Source: a virus (taxonomy: Duplodnaviria; Caudoviricetes). From it: a DNA stretch of 33,632 bases. Where the stretch lies: positions 1-33,632 of IMG/VR virus record IMGVR_UViG_3300016469_000504. One strand, written 5' to 3'. The stretch's first letter is position 1, and the number at the start of each line of letters is the position of its first letter. Made by a program: the position numbers and the translations under genes. Below, piece after piece: positions 17,030 through 23,752 of this stretch. Below the pieces are notes generated by a model that ran no database searches, was not told the DNA's origin, and saw nothing but the letters and a program-made list of their open reading frames with translations.

Positions 17030-17294
17030 CATTGACAGAGACTGGTTAATCGAAAAGATCGAAAAGGTTGTTGAGTCTATACACTCGATCGACAAAACGC
17101 TTGCGGCACAAGAAGTGCAGCTTACTGAGCACATCCGTCGAACACAGGCGGCAGAAGATAACATTGAGTTACTGCGAAAAGAGCTTAAGCCTGTTCAAGA
17201 GCACGTCGCTCGCATGGACGGTGCTCTTCGCTTCTTGGGTATCCTCTCACTTGTTGCCGGTGTCGCCGCCGCGATTCATAAGGTGTTAAATTAA
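17022..17294 (+). CDS. Holin-like / XhlA-like coiled-coil membrane protein
   Basis: Coiled-coil followed by one C-terminal TM segment (FLGILSLVAGVAAAI); end of the late operon. Confidence 0.5.
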   Translation: MSSIDRDWLIEKIEKVVESIHSIDKTLAAQEVQLTEHIRRTQAAEDNIELLRKELKPVQEHVARMDGALRFLGILSLVAGVAAAIHKVLN

Positions 17295-17513
17295 ATCGTT
17301 GCCGTAAGAGTTTTCTCTGCGTTTCTCACGCACTAACTCTTGGATCGTGGCCAAATCTCGCTGCTCTTGTTTTTTGTAAAGGTTAAGTTGCTGATTCAAA
17401 CCATACACTGAATGGCCAAGAAAGAAGCAAAGCGCGATTAAAAATTCGTGTGGAATTAAAGTCAGCAACCACAAAGAAACGCCTACTCCAATTAAATAAG
17501 TTACAACCTTCAT
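17286..17513 (-). CDS. Small membrane protein
   Basis: Two short hydrophobic segments and a charged tail; GGAGG RBS; overlaps the convergent gene by 9 nt. Confidence 0.65.
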   Translation of the reverse strand: MKVVTYLIGVGVSLWLLTLIPHEFLIALCFFLGHSVYGLNQQLNLYKKQEQRDLATIQELVREKRRENSYGNDLI

Positions 17514-17527
17514 GCGTCCTCCAATTC

Positions 17528-17549
17528 AACATTAACTAATATTATTATT
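17528..17549. promoter_or_regulatory. Palindromic motif, copy A
   Basis: AACATTAA-ctaata-TTATTATT immediately upstream of the RBS of the 17513 gene. Confidence 0.7.
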
Positions 17550-17659
17550 AAACAACCACACCCGCCACTAATACTGAAAAGGCGTCTCAACTTGATACGC
17601 ATATCCGCCACAAGAAGTAACAAGGCCTCCACGACGGGTCAAGAGTTTCGGTGGGCTAT

Positions 17660-17983
17660 TTAACCGCCGTGGTTCTTAAAATTTTTTGTCATGAGTTCTA
17701 AGGTCGTATGGACCGCGGTGTGAGCGCAGTAAACGCAAGCACCGTCACGGTTGGCCTTTGTCTCAGTTAGCGCCAAGACAAGCCCACCGCGTTTTGCGTT
17801 CTCTAGGTACTTCTCAGAGAACTGTTTACCTGAAGCCCTGTGTGCCTCAATGCAGTCACAGAAGTAACGAAGGTCGGCTCTACGAATGCGTTTAACACTC
17901 TTAGGCCAAGGCTCGTTGAACGTTGCAATCGGCAAAAGGTCAGGCTCACAGAGGAGCTGTTTAGACATGTTGTCTTTACTCAT
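17660..17983 (-). CDS. Hypothetical protein with CxC and CxxC (possible Zn binding)
   Basis: FCDC and CVYC motifs; 4-nt overlap with the upstream gene. Confidence 0.6.
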   Translation of the reverse strand: MSKDNMSKQLLCEPDLLPIATFNEPWPKSVKRIRRADLRYFCDCIEAHRASGKQFSEKYLENAKRGGLVLALTETKANRDGACVYCAHTAVHTTLELMTKNFKNHGG

Positions 17984-18363
17984 TCGCCTCTCCCGTGTAG
18001 GACTTTTTTAAGTGCCGCTAAACGATCCTCGTTTGTTGCGTGCAGAAGCTCATAGAAGCGGGCAGCCTCGTCGGTTGCGCCTTTCTGCTCAGGCACGATC
18101 TCGTTAAGCTGCGCAAAAAGCTCTTGAGCTAAACCAAGCTCAATCAGTCGTTGCTCTTGTCTGATGACTGTGTCCTCAACGAGGTAAACTTTCTTTTGGA
18201 CTAAGTAGTCGAGAACAGCGTGTAGCCAGAGCTCAGCCGATCCGCCTGGTGGGTTGCCGACGCGGTTAAAGAGCTCAATCCAATTATTTCTCAAAGCCTG
18301 AAGGTCACCCTCGGGCACAGAAGAAAAACGGTTAGAAGCTGAGAGCGGTTTAGGAAGCGCCAT
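17980..18363 (-). CDS. Hypothetical protein
   Basis: 127 aa; GAGGAGG RBS; tightly packed in the operon. Confidence 0.65.
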   Translation of the reverse strand: MALPKPLSASNRFSSVPEGDLQALRNNWIELFNRVGNPPGGSAELWLHAVLDYLVQKKVYLVEDTVIRQEQRLIELGLAQELFAQLNEIVPEQKGATDEAARFYELLHATNEDRLAALKKVLHGRGE

Positions 18364-18365
18364 AA

Positions 18366-18674
18366 TTACACCTCCTCAGCTTGATAAGCATCTCTGACAA
18401 CCTCAAAGAGGCGATCGTCTAGTGGCGTATTTGGCGCAAGCAGATTAACGTCACGAATAGAGTCGAAGAGCCTGTCAATCTCCTCTTCCTCTTCTAGCTG
18501 CGCTAAGAAGTTTAGGCGCTCACTCTCAGTAAACTCTTTGGTGACCTCAGTTTGACCAAGCCAGAGCGTTCCATCTTCTCTGACTTCAAGCTCAACCTTT
18601 TCAAATAGCAGCAGCGATCTTGGCACGTTTTTCTCCCCCTGTTTCTTTGGTTTAAGTAACAAACTCCCCCGCAA
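18366..18674 (-). CDS. Hypothetical acidic protein (start uncertain)
   Basis: ORF fills the gap; the true start may be the internal GTG of VPRSLL. Confidence 0.6.
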   Translation of the reverse strand: MRGSLLLKPKKQGEKNVPRSLLLFEKVELEVREDGTLWLGQTEVTKEFTESERLNFLAQLEEEEEIDRLFDSIRDVNLLAPNTPLDDRLFEVVRDAYQAEEV

Positions 18675-18688
18675 ACGTGCCGCATAGT

Positions 18689-18710
18689 AAAATTAAGTAA
18701 CATTAATTTT
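18689..18710. promoter_or_regulatory. Palindromic motif, copy B
   Basis: AAAATTAA-gtaaca-TTAATTTT with perfect 8-bp arms, just downstream of the groES-like gene. Confidence 0.75.
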
Positions 18711-18718
18711 GTAAACGC

Positions 18719-19114
18719 TTAAGAATTAATAAGCTCTCTATAGCTTGCATAGGCCTCCAGGTCGCGCCACGCTACGTGCACTTCGTGCTCCATGGTCATG
18801 GCAATCGAGTTGGCCACGTACTCCTGAAGCCCTGGAAAATTTGAGTAGCATTTTAGACCCAAGGCTGAAACAAGCACGACGTTACCAGGCTCAAGCTTTA
18901 CGTCTTCGCCTGCAGCTAGAACCACAGCAAGGGTCGGCCTATTCTCTTCAGTCATCGACCTGTGATCGTTTGCCTTGGTTGCAAGGATAATCCCGCCGCT
19001 TGTCTTGAGCTCCTCTTTTGGGAGCACTTCAACGATTACGCGATCGCTTGCAAGGCCGTTTAGCTGGTTAGCCTTTACAACTTTTTTAAAGCGCTCTAGA
19101 TACTTCGACTCCAT
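18719..19114 (-). CDS. groES: GroES-like co-chaperonin
   Basis: LASDRVIVE...KTSGGIILA...AVVLAAGE...LEPGNVVL matches the Cpn10 pattern; extended termini. Confidence 0.8.
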   Translation of the reverse strand: MESKYLERFKKVVKANQLNGLASDRVIVEVLPKEELKTSGGIILATKANDHRSMTEENRPTLAVVLAAGEDVKLEPGNVVLVSALGLKCYSNFPGLQEYVANSIAMTMEHEVHVAWRDLEAYASYRELINS

Positions 19115-19115
19115 A

Positions 19116-19946
19116 TTACTTCTTACCTCCTACCTTTTTGAAAAGGTCTTGCATGCCTTCTCTGATTGATTTTGTAACTTGTTCTTCTCGTACCGACTGA
19201 ATGTAGGAGCCCGCAGCTTGTGTTGACTGCCATCCCATATAGGCCATGAGCTCACCAAGATTCATGTTCTGCGAGGAGACAATATAAGTGGCAAACGCCT
19301 TGCGCAGATCGTGCGGCTTTAAGCCTACCTTTAAAAGCTCTTTTCTAAACGTGTGATACGTTTTTGAGTAACGCACATTCTCATCTTCTGGTGTTGCTGT
19401 ATGCACCTGCCTGCGGGCGCCGCCCTTACCGACAACAATCCCGTCTTTAAGAGTGAACGACTCCTCCCAACGCATGCCAGTTGTCAGCAACTGCATTGCC
19501 TTTTTTCTGGCTTCCTCATCGGTCATGCGAGCAATCCGTTTCATACACTCCGCAACAGAGTGTCCGACTCGCTTTGGAACGTAGACGCGTGAGAAGAGTT
19601 TGCGATTGTGTTTTATGAAGGTCTGAAAGTTATTGAAGAACCCGTTAACCTCTGGGCGACCCTCTTCAACTGCCCACTTGATAAAGCCTGCAGCTCTTGT
19701 AAAATTGATCTTGGTTGAGTAAGGCTTAAGCTTTCGCTCTTTGGTCAAGTACTGAAAAAGAGCGTTCCCATCGTTACCCAAAAGAATCTCGCTAGGAATG
19801 GACTTTAGCTGAACAGAAACAGCGTAAAGCGTATTGTCCGCCCAGCTGCCTTTCTTTGTCTCAATGTACATGTCGACCAACTCGCTTGCTGATAGCTCTT
19901 TTTTAACGGGCTTCTTTGAAGCCTTTTGAGGTCGTATTGCACGCAT
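19116..19946 (-). CDS. Compact tyrosine recombinase (Xer/Cre-sized)
   Basis: Catalytic set present: TGMR (R), GKGG (K), HDLR (HxxR), MGW (W), GSY (Y). ATG 19946 with an AGGTGG RBS is preferred over TTG 19985. Confidence 0.9.
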   Translation of the reverse strand: MRAIRPQKASKKPVKKELSASELVDMYIETKKGSWADNTLYAVSVQLKSIPSEILLGNDGNALFQYLTKERKLKPYSTKINFTRAAGFIKWAVEEGRPEVNGFFNNFQTFIKHNRKLFSRVYVPKRVGHSVAECMKRIARMTDEEARKKAMQLLTTGMRWEESFTLKDGIVVGKGGARRQVHTATPEDENVRYSKTYHTFRKELLKVGLKPHDLRKAFATYIVSSQNMNLGELMAYMGWQSTQAAGSYIQSVREEQVTKSIREGMQDLFKKVGGKK

Positions 19947-19971
19947 ATTTGCCACCTTTGTTTGAGAGTTA

Positions 19972-19993
19972 AATAATAACGGCAATTAATTTT
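19972..19993. promoter_or_regulatory. Palindromic motif, copy C
   Basis: AATAATAA-cggcaa-TTAATTTT; overlaps the predicted recombinase promoter. Confidence 0.75.
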
Positions 19994-20001
19994 GCGTGCA
20001 A
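19973..20001 (-). promoter_or_regulatory. Sigma70-type promoter for recombinase-groES
   Basis: TTGCAC-17 nt-TATTAT on the - strand with an AT-rich upstream tract. Confidence 0.6.
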
Positions 20002-20012
20002 TAGTTATTCAA

Positions 20013-20378
20013 TTAACCTCGAAATTTGCCCTGTGCCGCCGCTGTAAGTAATTGATTCGTGAGCCTAGTATTTTCTGCAATGGCCTGCATTGTTTCAGCT
20101 TGAGACGCAACCTGTGCTTTAAGTTCTTCAATGGCTACAGGGTCGACTGAAGGCGGGGTTGGCACGGCCTGTGCGCCATCTTGCTCCTGGCCCTGAATCT
20201 CAGCTTCAATCGCCTTGCGACTGACTGAGACGTTAGCAGCACCGTAAACGCCGACAAGACCAATCAGGAGGCCTGCAAACCACTCTGTCATGCCACGCTC
20301 GGTAAAGAGCTCGACTGCTGTGGCAAGCAGAATAACCAACAATGTAAGAACGAATTTTCGTCCGCCAAAACGTTCCAT
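20013..20378 (-). CDS. Holin-like protein (2 TM plus coiled-coil)
   Basis: GRKFVLTLLVILLA and WFAGLLIGLVGVYGAAN segments; ATG 20378 with AAGGAG RBS. Confidence 0.55.
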   Translation of the reverse strand: MERFGGRKFVLTLLVILLATAVELFTERGMTEWFAGLLIGLVGVYGAANVSVSRKAIEAEIQGQEQDGAQAVPTPPSVDPVAIEELKAQVASQAETMQAIAENTRLTNQLLTAAAQGKFRG

Positions 20379-20379
20379 T

Positions 20380-20742
20380 TTAAAACTCCTTCTTTCTGAA
20401 AAGGTGGTACTCCTTATCAAAGTACCAATATTTGTGAGCGCCAGTTCTGCGCATAATACGATTGCAAAAGACTTTAAACGGCTCGCGCTCATTTAAAATT
20501 GAGGCAAACAGGTTACGTTCATCAAGCATATTAGCTGCGTAGAAAAGGCGCTCGATAATAGCCGGGTCAACCAAAACCATCATGTCATCAAGACGCTTTT
20601 TGAGATCGGCAACGGTCATGTGCGCGTCGTTGTAACCAATGTGATCGTGTGCTGCTGCTCGAATAAGAGCGTGTAGCAACACAGCGACCTCATAGACGGT
20701 CAGTCGCAAGTGTGGTTTTGATTGACCCTCTGGCTTAGCCAT
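20380..20742 (-). CDS. Hypothetical protein
   Basis: 120 aa, coupled to both neighbours. Confidence 0.6.
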   Translation of the reverse strand: MAKPEGQSKPHLRLTVYEVAVLLHALIRAAAHDHIGYNDAHMTVADLKKRLDDMMVLVDPAIIERLFYAANMLDERNLFASILNEREPFKVFCNRIMRRTGAHKYWYFDKEYHLFRKKEF

Positions 20743-21241
20743 TAGCTACACCTTTTGACAGCTTTGAAATCTGCTCTGCAATGCCACCAGTTCGCTTAGC
20801 CTTCTGAGCTGAACCTTGCGCATCGGCGCCGCCCTTAGGGATGAAAGCGTCGATGTCGCTCTCCTCTTCAACCTGACCAGAAAGGATTGAGCCTGAAGGA
20901 ACGTTGATCGACTGACTCTCGTCCTGCTCAATTGCAAACGTGGTAATAGTGTAAGAAGAGCCCGATTTGCTCTTACGCTTCTCTTCGCCTTTGGCTTCAA
21001 TGCGAGTCATGAGACCACCTTGCAGGCGCCCATACTTAATCGCATTCTTGAGTTCACCAGATGCATAGACAAGTGTGTCTCCAGCATCGGTGCGCAAGAT
21101 GAGAGAGTAAGAATCGCCATACTGACCACCAGTGCGAACCTCTGTGCGCACGAGATAGCCGACAAGTTCGTCGCCCTTTTCCATCTCTGAAGCTTTAACC
21201 TTGGCCGCAAACTGCGAGCCCATTACTGATTTAAATGCCAT
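20735..21241 (-). CDS. Putative single-stranded DNA-binding protein (OB-fold-like)
   Basis: EKGDELVGYL...GQYGDSY...YASGEL beta-rich core with an acidic flexible tail; near the exonuclease and polymerase. Confidence 0.55.
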   Translation of the reverse strand: MAFKSVMGSQFAAKVKASEMEKGDELVGYLVRTEVRTGGQYGDSYSLILRTDAGDTLVYASGELKNAIKYGRLQGGLMTRIEAKGEEKRKSKSGSSYTITTFAIEQDESQSINVPSGSILSGQVEEESDIDAFIPKGGADAQGSAQKAKRTGGIAEQISKLSKGVANG

Positions 21242-21449
21242 GTTTTACCTCCTCGGTAGTTTGGTTTTTGGCAGTTTCAATTTTCTTTGTTACCTCTTCG
21301 AGCGTTCCTAGGACTGGCACAGAGGCGCCACCAGGAGCAACCAAGACGACCGATTTCATTGTCGGTGCAATCATGGCGCAAAAAATCTGATCGGTATAAA
21401 CAATGACCTCTGTATTGAACTGTGTGTGGATAAAGCTCACGGTCTTCAC
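21231..21449 (-). CDS. Small protein resembling the FlbD/SwrD family pattern
   Basis: EVIVYTDQI...SVVLVAPGGASVPVLGTLEEVTKKI resembles the FlbD layout; by eye only. Confidence 0.4.
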   Translation of the reverse strand: MKTVSFIHTQFNTEVIVYTDQIFCAMIAPTMKSVVLVAPGGASVPVLGTLEEVTKKIETAKNQTTEEVKHGI

Positions 21450-21811
21450 AGTACACGCTCCACTTTTTTGACTAGGTCGTTAAGTGTCTCGATCTTCTTA
21501 GCTGTATAGATGACGTACTCGTTTAAACCACGCGATGAGTACTCAGGTAGGTAGCGAGTCGCCAGGGCATCAGAGAGAGCCTGTGCAATACGCTGTAAAA
21601 AGCGCGCCTCTGCACGCGAGGCTTTAAGCACAATCGTCGACTCGTCGGGATTTGGTAGAGCCTCAAGCTTGTCGCGAAGAGCTTTTACAATGTGTCTTTC
21701 GCGCTCTGACTTAAGGCGATCTAACACCTTGCCTCTACGAGAGACGGCATCTTGTGCCCATTTAAGTTGCTCGACTGTTAGCTCAATTTTACCTAAAGCT
21801 TGTCGGCCCAT
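21446..21811 (-). CDS. Hypothetical helical protein
   Basis: 121 aa with GAGG RBS. Confidence 0.6.
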   Translation of the reverse strand: MGRQALGKIELTVEQLKWAQDAVSRRGKVLDRLKSERERHIVKALRDKLEALPNPDESTIVLKASRAEARFLQRIAQALSDALATRYLPEYSSRGLNEYVIYTAKKIETLNDLVKKVERVL

Positions 21812-21813
21812 GC

Positions 21814-22737
21814 TTACCTCTTAGCCTTTTTGGCAGTTTCCCTTTTCTCATTGCCCCAACAGTGATCCTTCCAAGGGCAGTAGCGACAGCGAAAAGAGCC
21901 CTTCTCATAATCCTGTGGGACAAGGGTAGGGTCGCTGTGCTTAACGACTGCGTCGTAAACAAATTGAAATTTCAAACGAACGAGCTCTGCGATCTCTTCA
22001 CTTGGACGAAAACGCATCTCACGCATGCGCGAATCGTTTTTGCAGTAGTAGAGAAGTGAAGCATGATCGATGCCGCGAGCTTTAACAAACTCTGTCATTG
22101 CGTAGGCGTTTAGCTGGTAGAAGTTGTCGTTTAAAAACGGGTCATCTGACTCTTCGAGGAATGCGACAAGATCGTCGATGTAAAAAAGTGTTTCGGTTAC
22201 ACGCTCAACCGAGTCCATGTTTTCATATTTAGAGTTTGTTATCTCCCAATCGTCCTTCCACTTGGCTACCGACTTAACTTTTTTACTTTTGAAATCCAGA
22301 ATTGCTTTGAACTTATCCGAGATAAAACAAAGATCCATCGACCCTTCAACGCGAGCGCCTTCGCCAAGCTCACAGATTTCGACGACCTGCTGTGTATATC
22401 GAACGTCAAAGGCCTTTAGGTCGTGGAGCTCAGGGAACGCCTCGCGAATTGCCGCAAGGTCCATCTGCTTAAAGAGCTTTAACCCATGCCACTCAATCGA
22501 AGAGCCTAACTCAAGTAGGCGAGACACAGCAGGTGTTCTCTCTTCAGCAACTCGACGAATACCGTTGACGTAATCGTAATACTCCTCAGCAAGCTTGCGT
22601 GAGCAGTAGCCAGCTGCAGATGGTCTGAGTGGGTTAAAGCGTGAGGGCTGCTGTGACTCTTTGAATGAGCGGTGCTTAAGGCTTGCATCTAAAATATCAA
22701 TGTAGCCCATTGATGGGCCAAGGATTTTAGAGCTCAC
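21814..22737 (-). CDS. Cas4-like PD-(D/E)XK exonuclease with Fe-S cysteines
   Basis: PSAAGYCSRK, GSMDL, LDFKS, QLNAY and C-terminal CRYCPWKDHC. Confidence 0.85.
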   Translation of the reverse strand: MSSKILGPSMGYIDILDASLKHRSFKESQQPSRFNPLRPSAAGYCSRKLAEEYYDYVNGIRRVAEERTPAVSRLLELGSSIEWHGLKLFKQMDLAAIREAFPELHDLKAFDVRYTQQVVEICELGEGARVEGSMDLCFISDKFKAILDFKSKKVKSVAKWKDDWEITNSKYENMDSVERVTETLFYIDDLVAFLEESDDPFLNDNFYQLNAYAMTEFVKARGIDHASLLYYCKNDSRMREMRFRPSEEIAELVRLKFQFVYDAVVKHSDPTLVPQDYEKGSFRCRYCPWKDHCWGNEKRETAKKAKR

Positions 22738-22954
22738 TTTTACCTCCCTTTTGGATTACGACCTCAAAGTTTGGCTCAATCTCATACTCAGCAAATACGC
22801 GCTCTACTGAGCGCACGTAGGCAAGTGTCATCCTTTGAGCGAACGAAAGGTGTGCAAGTTGCGGGTCGTGCATAATTGTATTCACGTCGGCGTTTTTTGA
22901 AATGTAGGTCAGCCAGAACTCATCGATCACAATGCGCTTTTGTTTGTTACTCAT
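22727..22954 (-). CDS. Hypothetical protein
   Basis: 75 aa overlapping the downstream start. Confidence 0.6.
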   Translation of the reverse strand: MSNKQKRIVIDEFWLTYISKNADVNTIMHDPQLAHLSFAQRMTLAYVRSVERVFAEYEIEPNFEVVIQKGGKSEL

Positions 22955-23072
22955 GTAAAGGGCTCCCGGCGGCTTTCACATTCAGGTGACGTCCCATGAG
23001 TGAACACACGATGCTCAAGAAACTCAGATCAAAGGAGAGTCGAAATGAGAGCGAGGGGGGTTGTGTGCTCAT
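22947..23072 (-). CDS. Possible 41-aa ORF absent from the track (MSTQPPSLSF...GSPLHE)
   Basis: Starts 1 nt after the DUF1599 stop and overlaps the next ATG by 8 nt; the region could alternatively be structured RNA. Confidence 0.35.
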   Translation of the reverse strand: MSTQPPSLSFRLSFDLSFLSIVCSLMGRHLNVKAAGSPLHE

Positions 23073-23073
23073 G

Positions 23074-23427
23074 TTACTCACCGCCAAGATTATTTTTGAT
23101 TAATGTTGCATCTTGATTCTGTTTTGCTTTAAGGTAGCCAGCCATTAAAATGCAGTAGTTGGCCAAGTCTAAAAGCGTGTCGCTTACCGACTCGTCTTTT
23201 ACTTGCAGAGTTCCTTGCTTAACAAAAGAGGCAAGGCGCGAGAGCTTGTCAGTCATGCGCGTGAGAAACCCTTGCTCTGTGAGGCAAATGCCTAGCATCT
23301 CAACTTGTTTAAAGTTGGCAAACGGGTCAAGAGTTGCGCCAGTGTAGTCGGCGTTTTTAGCTTTAGTAATCTCATGCATGCGCTCGCAGCATGCTTTGTG
23401 AAATGAGAGAAACTCGTCTTTGGTCAA
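23074..23427 (-). CDS. DUF1599 / nucleotide-modification-associated domain protein
   Basis: KNADY...DPFANF...RMTDKLSRL...DESVSDTLLDLANYCIL signature; TTG start with AAGGAG RBS. Confidence 0.8.
   Translation of the reverse strand: MTKDEFLSFHKACCERMHEITKAKNADYTGATLDPFANFKQVEMLGICLTEQGFLTRMTDKLSRLASFVKQGTLQVKDESVSDTLLDLANYCILMAGYLKAKQNQDATLIKNNLGGE
23086..23107. promoter_or_regulatory. Degenerate palindromic motif, copy G
   Basis: AAGATTAT-ttttga-TTAATGTT has 2 mismatches to consensus; lies in the last DUF1599 codons, just upstream of the 23072 ATG. Confidence 0.45.
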
Positions 23428-23460
23428 GCGGCAGCTCCTTGCGTTATGCTTAAAGTCTAA

Positions 23461-23476
23461 CGCAAGTTCTGTGCCA
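23461..23476 (-). promoter_or_regulatory. Sigma54 (-24/-12) promoter
   Basis: TGGCACAGAACTTGCG with exact GG-N10-GC spacing; intergenic and oriented toward the DUF1599 RBS. Confidence 0.65.
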
Positions 23477-23502
23477 TAGTCTAGGGAGGAGACAAACTTT
23501 TT

Positions 23503-23718
23503 TTACGTAAGCCCTGGGTCAGTCGACTCGTCTGAGGCAGCGGCGCCAAGGAAGGCGGCCTGTATCTGCTCGATCCTAGCCTGCGCCCACTTGGTAAGCT
23601 CGGGCGCACTGGATGGGTCTTTGATGATTGCGTGCAAGCGTTCTAGCTCTTGGCTATAAAAAGCAAAGAGCTCTTTTGATGACATGCCTGATTTGGGTCG
23701 TACGGTGGTGCTGTTCAT
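23503..23718 (-). CDS. Hypothetical protein
   Basis: 71 aa with AAGG RBS. Confidence 0.55.
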   Translation of the reverse strand: MNSTTVRPKSGMSSKELFAFYSQELERLHAIIKDPSSAPELTKWAQARIEQIQAAFLGAAASDESTDPGLT

Positions 23719-23752
23719 TGGTAAAACCTTATCGTGATTTCTTCATGGTTTA

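Noticed and set aside
17556-17612. tRNA or tRNA 3' fragment (CCGCCA) as an att core
   Set aside because: No T-arm (GTTCRA) or cloverleaf; the match is too short.
20160-20174. Sigma54-like TGGCACGGCCTGTGC on the + strand
   Set aside because: Inside a - strand gene with no downstream + gene, and the -12 box is imperfect.
21814-22737. CRISPR-Cas system suggested by the Cas4-like gene
   Set aside because: No repeat-spacer array, cas1 or cas2 seen; stand-alone Cas4-like nucleases are common in phage replication modules.
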